Below are positions 23,820 through 38,727 of a DNA stretch of 64,000 bases, piece after piece. Where the stretch lies: the NCBI GenBank assembly GCA_951406725.2, contig OX597814.1:220410001-220474000 (forward strand), in the 5' to 3' direction. The position numbers and the translations under genes are program-made. Source of the stretch: Octopus vulgaris (taxonomy: Eukaryota). The notes under the pieces are model-generated. The model saw only the letters and a list, made by a program, of their open reading frames with translations. It was not told where the DNA came from and ran no database searches. Within the stretch, counting starts at the first letter, position 1. Each line of letters opens with the position of its first letter.

Positions 23820-24482
23820 GAGGGAGGGACAGGGAATTTGGGCAAAAAAGAGAAAAAAAGAAAAGAGGAGAGATACTTTATAATAAGATCTTAGATCTGA
23901 TTAAAAATACGTTGGGTTTCCAATCAGAAAACATTAGTTCAGAGAGAGATATTAAAATTGAAGTAAAGCTAAAAAGGTCAGAGGAAAATATTTGGTTGAC
24001 AGAATCAATTTGTCTTCAAGAGAGAGATGGAGAGAAAGAGTGGACAAAGGGGGAGAGGGGAGAGAGAGAGAGAGAGAGACCTTAGTGAGAGGAGAAGTTG
24101 GGTAAGAAAGTAAGAGTATTGCATGAGAGAGGTAGATTTTGAGGCGGGGGAGAGAGGGTGAAAGAGCAGAAAAGTCAGAAGAGTGATAAATAGGTGACAG
24201 GACAAAAGGAGGAAAGTGAGAGGGAAGAGAGAAAAGCAAGTGAGGAGAGAGAAGAGTGAGTGAAGCAAGAGAGTGGCAGGGGAGGAGGAGAAAGAGAAGG
24301 ATGTGAGTGGGAGGAGAGAAAAGGAAGAAAGAGAGAAAGAGGAAAAAGAAGTGAGAGAGAGAGAGAGAGAGAACCATGAAAAAGGAGAGAATGTGTGAGG
24401 AAATGGGAAAAATATAGAAGTAAGAAGAGACAAAGAAGTGAGCAGGAGAAAAACAATGCCAAAGTGAGAGAGAGGAAGAGAG

Positions 24483-24525
<43 letters not shown>

Positions 24526-24550
24526 AATTGATAGACAGAGAGAAAGATGT
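23820..24550. repeat. GA-rich polypurine low-complexity tract
   Basis: Long strongly purine-biased plus strand with (GA)n runs. Confidence 0.85.
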
Positions 24551-27418
24551 GATGGAATGGAAGTAGTGATAATAATGAGTATCCAGGTAGCAGTGACAGG
24601 TGTAGTATTTTCAAAATGGATTGTTACCATCAGAATCAATTAAAAAGAAACTAGATAGCCAGAAGAATAAATGCTGGCCAGGATGAGAGCATTTTGAAAT
24701 GCCATGCAGTGAATTAAGTTGACATTCAAAAACATTCCGCATCAAAACGAAGAACTCTAGCAAGCAGATAAGATTAAATATTTCCTCTAGATATAAAAAG
24801 CTATGAAAGTGGGTAAAGTCAAGGTAACTGGAGTGTGTACAAATAATTGCTTCAGTAGTGTATGTCAAATTGCTGCACATGTGTCTTTCTGAGAGCCTGA
24901 GATCTCAGACTAAATAACCATTTAACATTTACAATCTGAAACAATGGCCATAGAATAGACATTGTTTTTTTTGAAAAAATAAAAAGATTAACACAAAAAT
25001 ATTAAAGATTTGATACAAGAAGAAAGTTAAGGAGAATTTCTTCTTGTTTTGCCTTCATTCCTTTTGGGGGTTCAAAAAACAAAGAACCAAAGAATACTGT
25101 AGGTCAACAGAATCAACTGATTCCATCCTCTCAAAACTGGCAGCCTTGTACTTCAATCAGAAAGCATTATTAATACCATCATTGTGGCTGTAGGTTTTCT
25201 TCATTATTCAGCTGTTTTTTATGTTGAAAAGTATGGAAGACTATGTAATAATGAGAAGTACAGTGGGCTACCACTATTGAACTGGTTAGCAGATGACAAG
25301 TGGTTTCTATTCTATAGCAACACTGTAATGTAAATGAGAGCCAGTAGGGTCTCTGTGGCTTTCTAACAATTTAAGCATGGGAGGGGGAAAAAATCATTTT
25401 ATTTTTGTTGATTTAGTTTTATTTAAAGGCAGTCTATTCAACTAATTGCAGATTTTAGAAACACCTATTTTTCTTTATAGTTGTTTAAAGTAATTATTGT
25501 AATTCTATATTTACAAAATGGTCATGCTGGGAGTGCTTATGCCTACACATTGCTTCTATTTCTTTTTTATATTTTGTTACTGATTTATGAATTATATTTT
25601 ATAAAATAACAAGTTTAGCTTTGTATAAAAATGTATGGGAAATGTAGCCATGTTAGATAGCAGTTAACTTCAATGTGGCTGTTCAACATAAAAGCATTCC
25701 TCATCTGACCTACACTCTTAACTCTCAATGGCCTAGATGGTAAGATGTTGATATTTAATCCTAGGTCAACCCTGACCAAGCAGACACATGATATGTGGCT
25801 ATATGCAATCTGCACACTAGGACTCTGCCTAAATGAAGACCATACTGTGCATTCTGACAAGCAATGGTGTATACTATGAGGTATAGCGTGCAAGTGTAGA
25901 CTTATTTTTTCCCCTGTCTAATCTGTTTGTGTATGAATGTAGTGGTGGCCAGAATAGGAAGGGGCAATGTGGACACAATCAAAGAAGGACATATCTTAGG
26001 CAGATGTGTACTTATGTCTTTGGTGTATCTATATCCCAGTAGCAACATCAAGAACAGTCATTAATTTTGTGCTTGAGGCCTTTCTGTTTGAAGAGAATGC
26101 GGGGATGACAATTTTACGATAGCACTGCAGTATTGTTTTGGGTGTTTGGAGTAGATTATACATGTAATAACAGGTAGTGTGACAGTTGAAGCTTGCTGTA
26201 ACAACACAGCCTCCTCTCTTTGCATATGTTCTGATCGTCTTTCATGTCAAACATGTTTTTTGTTTTTTATTTCATGTGTAGGTTATCTGTGAGTGAGGTC
26301 TGTGTGAAGTATGTTATTTTGTGTTGTTTGTAGTTTGTTGTTGAGATATATTGGGTTGAAATATATTGTAGGACTGACATAATCCACCGTGAATCTAATA
26401 TATTATTTAAACTCTAGCATTGTTGCTTCTTTGTGTTGTTGAAATGTGGTGCATGCGAGTGCTCTTAATATGTTTTACATTAATTTGTTTTCATTACTAT
26501 TTTCTCTCTTTGGGTATTGTAGATGAATGTTGGTGTGAATGTATGTGAATTCTAGTATCTGTATGTGTGTGTGTGTGTGTGTGTAGTGGTAGTATGCCTA
26601 CATTGTTGAGTGTAAGGTTCGGTTGTATCTGATGGTCTTCAATTGTTGCTAGAACAAAGAGAGATTGCTGTTGTCAACCTTGATTGAGCACACCTGTGAT
26701 CACAGGTATTCCAAGCATGATAATCCCATTATTCTTGTTTTTCCTAGTCATAGAGTGTGACAGACTACATTATCCTATGCAACCTTTCCTTCATTTAAGA
26801 TGGCAGGGTGTGATTCGAGGAAGACTTTATTGTTACTTCTACCAGGTTGAGTGGTCAAATAGGGGCTCTTTCACTGATTCAAAAGAAGACGGTGGATTCT
26901 GCAGGTACCTCTTTTAATCCTTTTGTTTGGAGCTATGTTTCAGATTGGTTGATGTGTTAGAGTAGCTGCACAGTTCTGCCTGGAAAATGGGGGTGAGGAA
27001 GTGATTGCAATGTTATCTGCCTATGAACGAGGCTGTTGAGTATGCTTAGCCAGAAAGTGAGAAGTTTGTTGGGGCATAAATTACAAAAACGTGTGAGCAG
27101 AATCTGGCAGAACTCACTCTGAAAACATGCAGATTATACATGTGTGTGTGTTTGTGTATACATGTACATGTGCTAGCATAAAAAAGTGGATGCAAAAGCA
27201 ATATGTATGTATGTATATTCTTTCAGTTTCTATCTACCAAATTCACTTACAAGTCTTTGGCTGCTTTAGGACTCTATCAAAAACACAATGGGACTGAACC
27301 CCAAACCAAATGGTTGAAAAGAAAACTTCGTAACCATACAATCATCCCTTAATCATGCAAACATAAATGTGTGTGTGTGTATATTATTTACCACTGTGAT
27401 GCATACTATAAACTGTAG

Positions 27419-27463
<45 letters not shown>

Positions 27464-28417
27464 AGATAAGGGCAGAAGAAATTTAATTTAATGGATATCG
27501 ACAATTTTTTTGTTTCGGCGTATCTGGCATTAGAATTTTCTTCTTGTAATTTATGTATAAATTTTACCTTTAAAGGCATTTTTTGATATGCTGGCCATCG
27601 ATAAAATTTTTTTCCCGAAAAAAATTTTATCCTATATTATATATATATACATATATACATACATACATATATATATATATCTTTGTTTAGTGAAGTGATA
27701 CATATTTTAATATTAACAATCTCTACTGATTTTTGATGCAACTAGAACTCTACCAGTTGTCAGACTTTACAGAAAAAAACTCATCACCTTTTTGGTAACA
27801 GGCAATTACTTGCATTTCTACAAGTTCCATCCCCATTTAATAAAGAGATGTACTTCTATAACAACCAAATTAGAGAAGGTGAATCCAATGTCGTTATAGA
27901 ATCTGCCAGGAAAGGAAGGAATTCTTACTTGAATAATAAATACTTTTCTTAAAAGCCTTCGCTACTACACATTAGTGTCACTAGTTTCTGTTGTGTGTGA
28001 TAAGACTCTATGCATTCACATGGTATAACTGTCCAGACAGGATTGCTACTGTGGTAATAGACCACCTGAGATAATTAAAATGGAAGCAAGATGATTGAAT
28101 TGATAAGGTATTGGAATTCCTGTGCATGCTTCTGGGCTGATGTCTATTCCATGTCGGGAAAGAGATACCATATTTTTTGAGCAAAGTCCAATGCATATCT
28201 CTGACCATGAAAGATAATGTAATATTAGTTTCACATTATATACAAGTTTGGTGTTTCAAGTCTTTTCTTACATTAAGAATAGAGTTTGACCAATTACAAG
28301 AAAAATGTGTGTGCATGTGTGTGTGTGTGTGTGTGTGTGCATGTGTGTGTGTGAGTGTGTGTGTTTAGGTTTGGTGATGCAAACAGGAAAAATAATAGTA
28401 CTCAAATCTTATATATT

Positions 28418-28538
28418 TATTAATATTTGGCAGAAGTAACAGAGTGAGTCAAGGGCTGAGAGTTTTATATATTGGTTTGATAAATGCCAACACATGAAAC
28501 CCTCGACCCTGGAGACACTCCATTACTTCTGCCAAATA

Positions 28539-28544
<6 letters not shown>
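28418..28544. repeat. ~127-bp imperfect palindrome beside (TA)n
   Basis: 22-bp perfect arms tattaatatttggcagaagtaa / ttacttctgccaaatattaata with a partly complementary interior. Confidence 0.8.
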
Positions 28545-28623
<79 letters not shown>

Positions 28624-28997
28624 TACCCAACCTTATTTAAATATTGGGTAGCCATGTAGCTTATCTATAGCAATACACCTCTGCTTGTCCCTAACATAAA
28701 ATCACTTCTACACTCTCTTAAATACTTCCCAGCCCCCACTTAGTCAAGTGGGCTTTTCCATTTTCCTTTTTTTCTTTTTGTTTTTTTATCTTGCAAGTTA
28801 CTTGTCAACCACCACTCATGTCAGTTGCATGAGAAAAAAGTACCTAGTACACATTGTAAAGTGATTGGCGATAGAAAAGGTCATTCAGCCATAGAAACCA
28901 CAAATAAAGTTGACATGGAGCATGATGCAGCCTGGGGACTCACTTAATCCTGTCAAACTGTCCAGCTCGTGCTGGCATGGAAAATGGATGTTAAGTG

Positions 28998-29182
28998 ATA
29001 TGTGTTGGCTTTGTGGAGAAAGGGTCACTCTATTACACATCTTGGCAGGGTGCAGTGTAACACTTTCTCAAGGCAGATATAAATGGCACCATGACAGGGT
29101 GCTTGCAACACTTTCTCACACCCTGGAGCAGGAGTGGCGCAAGAAACATCATCACCGGCAATGTGAGCTGGACAAAATATAA
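28998..29182 (+). mobile_element. RLE-type (HERO/R2-superfamily-like) LINE fragment
   Basis: CWLCGERVTLLHILAGCSVTLSQGRYKWHHDRVL: zinc knuckle plus the RHD-like motif that precedes restriction-like endonucleases. Confidence 0.7.
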
Positions 29183-29194
29183 AAGTAGGCCGTA

Positions 29195-29996
29195 AAGAAT
29201 AGCATGCAGTTTAATGTTGAAAAGTTTCAAGCCTTGTGCTATCAGCATGCAAAACTAAATGCAATACCCATTAAATACACTGGATCTGGAGGGATTGCAA
29301 TCCCAGAGGCACAGTCAGTGTGAGACCTGGGCATTTACATGAGTAATGATGCATCCTTCCATGTGCATGTTGCTAAATTGGCAATAAAATGCAAGCGGCT
29401 GACCGGATGGATTCTTAGAACTTTTAGAACAAGAGATCAGGAAACCATGATGGTGCTCTGGGGGGACACTTGTCCAAAGCCACTTTGACTACTGCTCTCA
29501 CCTATGGTCACCAACCAGTGTCAAATTACTCTCAGTACTTGAGGCAATCCAACGAAGCTACACAAAGAAGATAGCCTCTATGCAACATATAAGCTACTGG
29601 GAAAGACTCTATTCCTTAGAGAGTAGGTAAGAAAGATATGCCATAATATAAATCTGGAAGATCCTGGAAGGACTTGTGCCAAACTTTGGCATCAGGAGTT
29701 ACACAAATACTAGAACTGGGCATCACTGCATAGTGCCAAGGACTCCAAATTTACCATCAAGATGCAGGACAAGATACTGTAATAGCCTAAGCTTCAGAGG
29801 TCCACAGCTCTTCAATATCCTCCCGAAGGACCTGAGAGATCTGCATAGGGTGGATGTAGGTGTCTTCAAAATAAAGCTGAACCTCTTACTGTCAAGTGTC
29901 CGAAATGAACCAACTTCACGGAAGGAGGTGCAGATGAGGGCAGCTGCATCAAACTCCCTCATGCACCAAATGTCACTTCCTAAAAAGCATCCGTAA
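29195..29996 (+). mobile_element. CR1-group LINE ORF2 C-terminal fragment
   Basis: MQFNVEKF, DLGIYMS, GWILRTFRTRD, DYCSHLWSP, LEAIQRSYTKKI, SYWERL, WKILEGLVPN, GPQLFNILP. Confidence 0.85.
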
Positions 29997-31096
29997 AGTA
30001 AAATTATGTAGCAACTTGTGAGCTGAAACTAGATATTAAAAAAAATACTTTGAGATTTCATTATATTTATTCATCATAAAATTCTTATATTATTATTATT
30101 ATGAATTGTAATTGATCGTCCCTGGTTGTTGACAGCCTAGTAACTATACCAATAGGCTAAATGCTGACTCTCCCTTGAAATCTATGGAGAAATTATACTC
30201 CAATCGCATAACATTTTAGCAAATAATAAATAAATAAATAAAATTATTATTTTTTAATTTAATTTTATTTATTTATTATTCTTGTTTTTTTTTGTAAATG
30301 GAATTCCCGAAAAGTCAATTAGTTTAATAGTTACATGTCAGAAATAAAATACACTGACCTAAAATATTCCTGAATAGATGCCAAACCTAGAAAGGATTAT
30401 ATGCCATCCACCCAAACTGCAAAAGATATACATTCTACACTTTACTCTCTTGTAGCAATATTTACTCAAATCATTTTTGGACAAAGTATGAATCACAATA
30501 AAATATATTGACTAACATCAGCTTGATCTCCAACGGTCTACTGTCAGCTACTCTACTATCATTAAAAAAAAATGTGCTGTACCATATAACAAGGCCATTA
30601 CTCATCAGACACATTCAAATGTACTCATTTGTAAACTATCCAATGTATAAACTAAATATTTAATAGTCTTTCAGCCCATGTGAGCTTATGCGACTCACGA
30701 AAATAATGTCCAACATAATATAATGTTTTAAAATCAATGAGCGAACAAAGAATTTCTTTATCGATGTTGCAACAGTCACTGAGTGATACCATATTTTCCT
30801 GATTTCTATACATACAGTACAATCTCTGAAAATTACAACTGCTAGACATTCTTCCCTCTAAAATAGAATCAACAGAATTGTTTGTAAAATGATTGTGTGT
30901 GAGATTATCTCTAGCTAATGCTTTCACTGACCACAACTAGAATTATATCCATTTATATGAGACCACTAAATATTATTTGGTGCTAATAATTCCAATTCAA
31001 TCATTTGGGAGTATGTATTTTGAATAAGGAACAATAGCTTTTCCTGATACACAACATATCATAAATGTTGTATTATCTTCCATTTTATTTATCACA

Positions 31097-31247
31097 TGCC
31101 TTGTATTATTACTATTTAATATATATATATCTTGCTATTATGACTATTTAATGAACATTATTTATGACATGCCTTGCTATTATTACGATTTAATGAACGT
31201 TATTTATTCTATATCTTGCTATTATAACTATTTAATGAAGGTTATAT
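31097..31247. repeat. AT-rich ~40-bp minisatellite, about 4 copies
   Basis: cttgctattat-actatttaatgaa repeated. Confidence 0.75.
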
Positions 31248-31843
31248 ATCAATATTAGCAATGATAGAAATGAAGTGTAAGACTAAAGACCTATCAGTAT
31301 CGCATATTATTCTGTTAGGTTCTGAATTCAAATCCTAGTGGTATCCTATTTTATATTTCATCACTTCAGATTTGGTAAGACAAAACCAGATACAATGGAG
31401 ATGACGCAATCACTATAGCAAAATTAATGATAAACTTGTCCCAATGTTAGAAAACAAAATCATTATAATTCATTTGTTTTGCTAAGCAGTAACAGTAAAT
31501 GCCACATAAAAAGTAATACAGCGATTAGTTTTGTCTTTTTATATCCTGGTGTTCAAATCTTATCTAAGTTGACTTGGCATTTTAACTTCTGTGATTAGTG
31601 AAATGTTATGTACTAAGGTTGAGTTCATTGACTAGACTTCTCCATCCCTCTGTGTCGTGCAAATGTATGAAATGGTGTTCTTTTAAGTGTGGTGCTCCAG
31701 CATGATTACAGTTACCCAGCTACAAACAGTATCAAAATAATACAAAGATTATGGTTCTTTAGTTCTTAAAAATCAACTCTATACAACAAACCTATGATCA
31801 AAGACATTCAGGCTTGGACACTCATTGCTTTTTTCGGGTATCT

Positions 31844-32200
31844 ATCATCATCATCATCATTTAGCGTCCGCTTTCCATGCTAGCATGGGTTGGATGGTTC
31901 AACTGGGGTCTGTGAAGCCAGAAGGCTGCATCAGGCCCAGTCTGATCTGGCAGTGTTTCTACGGCTGGATGCCCTTCCTAACACCAACCACTCTGTGAGT
32001 GTAGTGGGTGCTTTTTACGTGCCACCCACACAGGTGCCAGACGGAACTGGCAAACGGCCACGGACGGATGGTGCTTTTTATGTGCCACCGGCACGGGGGC
32101 CAGGCGAGGCTGGCAATGGCCACGATCGGATGGTGCTTTTTACGTGCCACCGGCACGGGGGCCAGGCAAGGCTGGCAATGGCCACGAACGGATGGTGCTG
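31844..32200 (-). mobile_element. Family A retroposon with 3+ tandem units
   Basis: Close to the copy at 184-530. Confidence 0.85.
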
Positions 32201-35200
32201 CCCTTTCTTATTTAAGAGCATGAGGTTTTATTTGAAAAGATTCAGCTGTTATTTCTAGAAAACCAAACACAAACATATTGCTCATGTTGTGAGTAAAAAC
32301 ATTTAAAAAAGTTTGGTGGTATGGTAGAATAAGTGTAAAGCAGATTAAATATCATGTAATATTTAGGCATGTCACTTTACATTCTGAATAAAAATCCTCC
32401 TGGGATGGAAATTTTCTTTACATTCCTCTGCTGGTTTGTAACATACTAGTAATGTATTATACATCTCCTTTACAAATTTATAGACATATGTCAATGTAAG
32501 AAAAGATACTTAGCTGAGACATGAATGGAAACCTATTTCTGTTTCATTAGTATACAGAAATTAAGACATCACAGGATATCACCAAGCCACATTTCATATA
32601 TTGGAAATTATATTACTGATAATGGTAACTTATTTAAAAAAAAATGATGCAATTAATTCTATATTTAAAAAAAAAAAATTTTTTTTTTGTATAGTTGTAA
32701 TTACTATCATAATAAGTAAAAACACATGTTATATAAAATATAATTTTAGTTTTGAAATACATGACGTGATAATGTAATGATTAGAAAAAAAAGCTGTAAA
32801 GAAATAAAAAGTTGAATTAAACAATTTAAACTGATAGATATTCATGTAAGTGGCAGAAATGTCTTAATTTGTGTAATTTTGTCTAGTAAGAGATTTAGTG
32901 AAAGAACAGTAATAGAATAATAGTCGCTTTACTGAATAAATAACCAGACATAGAAGCCAGTCATAGTTAAGATGGTGGCACCTGCATCAAAAGTGATATA
33001 AGGTAGATTAATGTAGTAAATTATTAATCTCATCAGCAATCAACTCTGTAAACATCACATATTTTATAGTGTGATTTTATATTTAGTTTAAGTCTAGAAA
33101 TTCTTCCTCTCACTAGCACAATTTGGCACCAATCATTTTTCTGGTAGATAGATATCAGGAAAAAAGAGAGCTGATGGTTGGAGGAATGGAGAGTTAACAG
33201 ACATAATTATGAGGAATCGAACACAAAGCAAGTGAAAATATAGTCTTTGATATTACAACAGTTGTAATAAAAATAAATTAAAGCAGAATTAACAATAATA
33301 ACCTCACTGCTTTTAAATTTTGTCGACAAACTCGTAAGATTAGGAGGTGTTTTGCTCAATAGAAACAAAATTTAAAATTAGGCAGGGACAAGGATTTTCT
33401 TCAGTTGTTTTTTATCAAAGCTTTTCTTTATTAAGTAACCATAGCCCTTAGAGATTGTACCCAGGTGTAAGCAGCCCTAATTGAAAGAAGATCCCCTGAC
33501 ACAAATTCCTTAACTCCATGAGTAAAATACACTTTCTCTGCCTTATCTTCTCAAATTGCAAAAGTCATTCTTTTCTGAACTTACACTAATTCTTCATTTA
33601 CATTCCTCCCTTGCAATACACACACACACACACACACATATATCTACTCATACTCATATCTCTATGGAAGCATCATTCTTGTCTCCCTTTCTCTCAATGT
33701 CTAACATCTTGCGACCAAATATAAACATTAGTAACTGAAATTAAACATTAATTCTACTAACTTCACTACTAATCAAGCTACCAATTTACCTTTGTAGTCA
33801 AAGAGAGATCCATCATGCATTTTTAATCACTTCTCTTTCAGTAAGCTATAAATAAAATTGGTGCTATTTCCTACAAATTATCAGACATTAATTTTATGCA
33901 GTTCTCAGTATACACTCCCATCATATCCAAAGTCCTTATCATGTGCGCACTGGCAAGAAGAAACACCTAACTCTAAACATTCTTTACAGTTTATTCGGCT
34001 TTGAAACTGTAGAACAATAGTCAATTCGCGCGTATGATAATGGTGACTATCATCAAAGGTATCAATGTGCAATTTTCATCCCTTATCCCCATTGATTTTC
34101 TATATTGTTCTTGGCTACAATGAAAAATATTGAAAAACTGGGGATTATGACACCATTGTTACCCCTATTACCACCAGCACCACCACTACAAATGCTGTGA
34201 CCGCCACCAACAGCTCCAACACCGAAAATAAAGTAAGAAACAAATTGAATAATGATGAGATTTTTTTTTTTTAACTGCTTAAATGCTGTTAACTTAGATG
34301 AATTGATGTAATTAAACTCTGTCCTTCAAAACTAAAATGTTGGTGTTGTTCCTGTAAAGTGATGATAAAAGAACCGTTTCTATAACAACAAATGAGATTA
34401 AAAAAAAACCCCAAAAAAACATGATTCTAACTGGCACAAAACAGCCTAATTTTTACTGCTCATCTGAACCCAATATAAAAACCAGACAAATTGAAAATGA
34501 CAGGGAGAATTACAGAAACAAGGAAACAGTAATTTCAACTCGGCTAAGTGTTGGTCAAAGCAGTTGTTTGGATTGTTATCAGAGAGGCAAACTAAACCAT
34601 TATCTTGAAAGGTTAGCATAATATTGAACCTGTTATGGATATTGGCATACAGAACTAATACCCTAACTGTTTGGATGGCTTTATTCTGTGCTGTATTTAT
34701 TAATGGTTAATAGAGAAGTATGTTTACCATAAAAGTTAGAAATGGAGGTGCTCTTTAGCAGCTCTTAAGGGGGGGGGGAGGCTGATGTGAAAATAAAATA
34801 AAAACTGCCTTCTTGTGTGCATGAATTATATTATTATTATTATTATTGTTGTTATTGATGATGTTGTCGTCATCATCATCATCATCACCTGCGATTTTTA
34901 ATGGAAACAACGTGAAAGATGTTTTCAATTAACAAGTGATATACCTGGAACTGAAAGCTGAATATATTATCACATAAGGAGAAGTGTGGATGCTGAAAGT
35001 ATCTTTCATTTGTCCGCCCCTGCGCCCCCCACTGCATCCACATTTACAAAATAAACTCCATAAAGAAGTTCAAAATGGTATTTCTTTCAGGAGAGAGAGT
35101 TTAGTGGCACTTAAAATAACTTTCATATTAAGGAAGCAAAAACTTTTTAAAGGGAGAAGAGGGAGAAAAAAAAAAAAAAATAATGAGACAAAACAAAAAA

Positions 35201-35579
35201 AAAAAAAGAAACGAGATAAAAAAAGATATGCTCAAGGGGAATAATTATAAAGATCCGATTCCAAAGGGATATTCAGACAGATTAAAAACAGCTGCTATGA
35301 AAAGGAGAATCCGATAGTAAGAGTTACAAACAAGCCTAGTTAGGGAGATAAAGAGAGAGAGAGAGGGGGACGGAGAATATTGCTAAAAGATGAAAGTTTA
35401 GACTAATGTAACAGAAAGAAAGGTAGAAAGAAAACCAGACACACATCTATATACTCACACACATACATAAAACACACACACATACATATACATATATAAA
35501 TATATATGTATACATACATACAAACATACAACCCATGCCAGCCTGGAAAGTAGACGTTAAATGACGATGACGATGTATA

Positions 35580-35581
35580 CA

Positions 35582-35629
<48 letters not shown>

Positions 35630-35677
35630 CATACATATATACATATGTATACATATATACACATATGTATACATATG

Positions 35678-35710
<33 letters not shown>

Positions 35711-36050
35711 GTATACATATATATATATATATATACATACATATATATGTATACATATATACATACATGTGTATACATATATACATATATGCATATACAT
35801 ATATATATATATATACACATACATATATGTTTATACATATATATACACAAACATATATGTGTATACATATATATACACAAACATATGTGTATACATATAT
35901 ATATATATATACAAACATATATGTGTATACATATATATATATACATATATGTGTATATATATATATATATACATATATGCATATATATATATATGTATAT
36001 ATGTATATATGTATACATATATACATATATATATACACACACACACACAC
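35580..36050. repeat. Compound (TA)n/(TACA)n microsatellite
   Basis: Direct reading. Confidence 0.95.
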
Positions 36051-36659
36051 ATATATACACACCCATGCATACACATACATATAGACACATATGGACATCC
36101 ACACACTCACAAACATGTAAATATATACACATGCACACAAACACAAATCTGTGCACTTACTGAGGTTAAACATTGACACATGATTACATTCACAAACAAC
36201 CACACAAAACCACACATATGCACACACACACACACACTGGAATCCTTGTTAGGATTAATGTATGACTTGCATAGGAGACAAAAAAAATTTTTTTAAATAA
36301 AAAGCATGCCATAAAAAAATGTAAGGATACCCTCCCTAAAAAAAGAAATACGCCAGCAGCTTACCCTATTTATCCTCACCCTTCCATCTTTCCCTTAAAC
36401 TGTAAAACAAGCACAATATAGACTTGTTCGTCTGAAAGATATGCAGCAATTTCAGCTTGCATGAAATTTCCTATATATCTTTAGGAGGAGATGGAGAGAT
36501 TTTCACTGCTGTTGCTAGGTTGTGCTTAGTAATTGCAAAACTTTCAAGCTTGACTGATAAAACATTTTTCTAATCAAATAATTTTGTAGCGATTTTAATT
36601 TTATATTTTTGAGTAGTTGGATACTCACAACACATATATTGATGATTGTGCATGTGAAT

Positions 36660-37200
<541 letters not shown>

Positions 37201-37329
37201 CAAACATATAAACGGCGGTGCATCAGCATGGCCGCAGCTCTGAGCTGAAACTAGAAAAGAAAAAAAAAAAAAACATATAAACTCACACATACAAATATGT
37301 GTGTGTGTGTGTGTGTGTGTGTGTTTGTG

Positions 37330-37730
37330 CATGAGTGTATGATTAAGAAGTTTGCTTTGCAACCGCAAGGGTTTGGGTTCAGCCCCATCTTTAGCAACTG
37401 TCTTCTATATCCCCAACCAAAAACATTGTGAGCAGAACTGGTAGATGGGAACTAAAAGAAGCCCAACATTCATATGTGTGTCTACGTTTGCGTCTCCTTG
37501 CATTGATGTTGTGTGTGTGGTTGTTGTAAATGAATGATGTTAATTTCCAATATTCTGTAAAAACATGTCTGTCAGTGGCAAATATTACTTGGCCCGGATA
37601 TCGGATATCGGTTAGCATTGGCAGCATAAAAGGCATCTGGCTATGGAAAATTTGATACAATAAACTACAGCTGACCCATGAAGGTTTGAAGGTTTGTAAA
37701 ACTGGATGTTAAAATGATGTTGCCGATGAT
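37330..37730 (+). mobile_element. Old tRNA/CORE-type SINE with RTE-like tail
   Basis: gggttcagcccc B box, family-B-like head, then ggcatctggctatggaaaa...ggatgttaaaatgatg tail. Confidence 0.6.
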
Positions 37731-37850
37731 ATACATACACACAAATATATATGCTCATGTATACAACCACATATATATATTTATATACACACACACACAT
37801 ACATACACACGCACATATATACACACAAATTTGGTGCATTGCAGTACTTT

Positions 37851-38120
37851 ATAATAATAATAATAATTGTGTACAGTGCTCAGGTGCACTACAACTCATC
37901 TAAAGTGTATATATAATCAGGTGTAGTTTCAGCGGATTTCGGAAAGCATGAGGGCCTTAAAGGATGCAGTGTCATGGCAGTCAACAACTGATGCAGGCAG
38001 TTTATTCCATGCTTCAGCAACTCTGAGTGTGAAGAAATGTTTCCGAAAGTCATGGGAGCTGTGTTGTTTTCTGACTTTGTAGGCATGTCCATGTGTGTTG
38101 GACACATGGAGATCAAAAAG
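37851..38120 (-). mobile_element. CR1-group LINE 3' fragment with (ATT)n tail
   Basis: THGHAYKV...RKHFFTLRVAEAWNKLPASVV...SFK. Confidence 0.85.
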
Positions 38121-38251
38121 GTGCCTTGCTATACTCAAGAAGAACCATCCTCCACAGGAGAAAGGTTGATGCTGCTCCCCTGCTTGTGAGCTCTGGTCAA
38201 ACCATCCAACCCGTACCTGTATGGAAAACGGAGATTAAAGGATGATGATGA

Positions 38252-38562
38252 TAATGGCTTAGTGGTTAGGGTATTTGGCTCATGACTGCAAGGTCAGGAG
38301 TTCAATTCCTGACAACACATTTTGTCCTTGAGCAAGACACTTTATGTCACACTGCTCTGGTTCACTCAGCTGGCAGAAATGAGTAGTACCTGTATTTCAA
38401 AAAGCCAGCTTTGTCACACTCTGTGTTATGCTGAATCTCCCTGAGAGCTACATTAAGGGTATACATGTCTGTGGAGTGCTCAGCCACTTGGACATTAATT
38501 TCACGAGCAGGCTGTTCCATTGGTCGGATCAACTGGAACCCTCGTCATCGTAACTGATAGAG

Positions 38563-38567
<5 letters not shown>
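38252..38567 (+). mobile_element. tRNA/CORE-type SINE (further family)
   Basis: tggcttagtggttaggg...gagttcaattcc, tgtccttgagcaagacactt. Confidence 0.65.
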
Positions 38568-38599
<32 letters not shown>

Positions 38600-38727
38600 A
38601 GTAGTTGAATGAATTATCCTAGTATGGATAATTCGGTTAACCGATACCCGGGTAGCAAATTCATATGTCGAAACATATGTCAAGAATAAAGGAATTTTGT
38701 TAAATCGTCGTTCGACTCCATTCTTTC

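Noticed and set aside
23952-24639. Leu/Ser/Phe-rich ORFs
   Set aside because: Reverse translation of a GA-rich tract
26000-26560. Possible decayed LINE endonuclease on the minus strand (KRGGCVV)
   Set aside because: A single weak motif; cannot be supported
28060-28215. Possible R4/Dong-like fragment (RDMHWTLLKKYGI..W..HQP)
   Set aside because: Too short and decayed to call without a search
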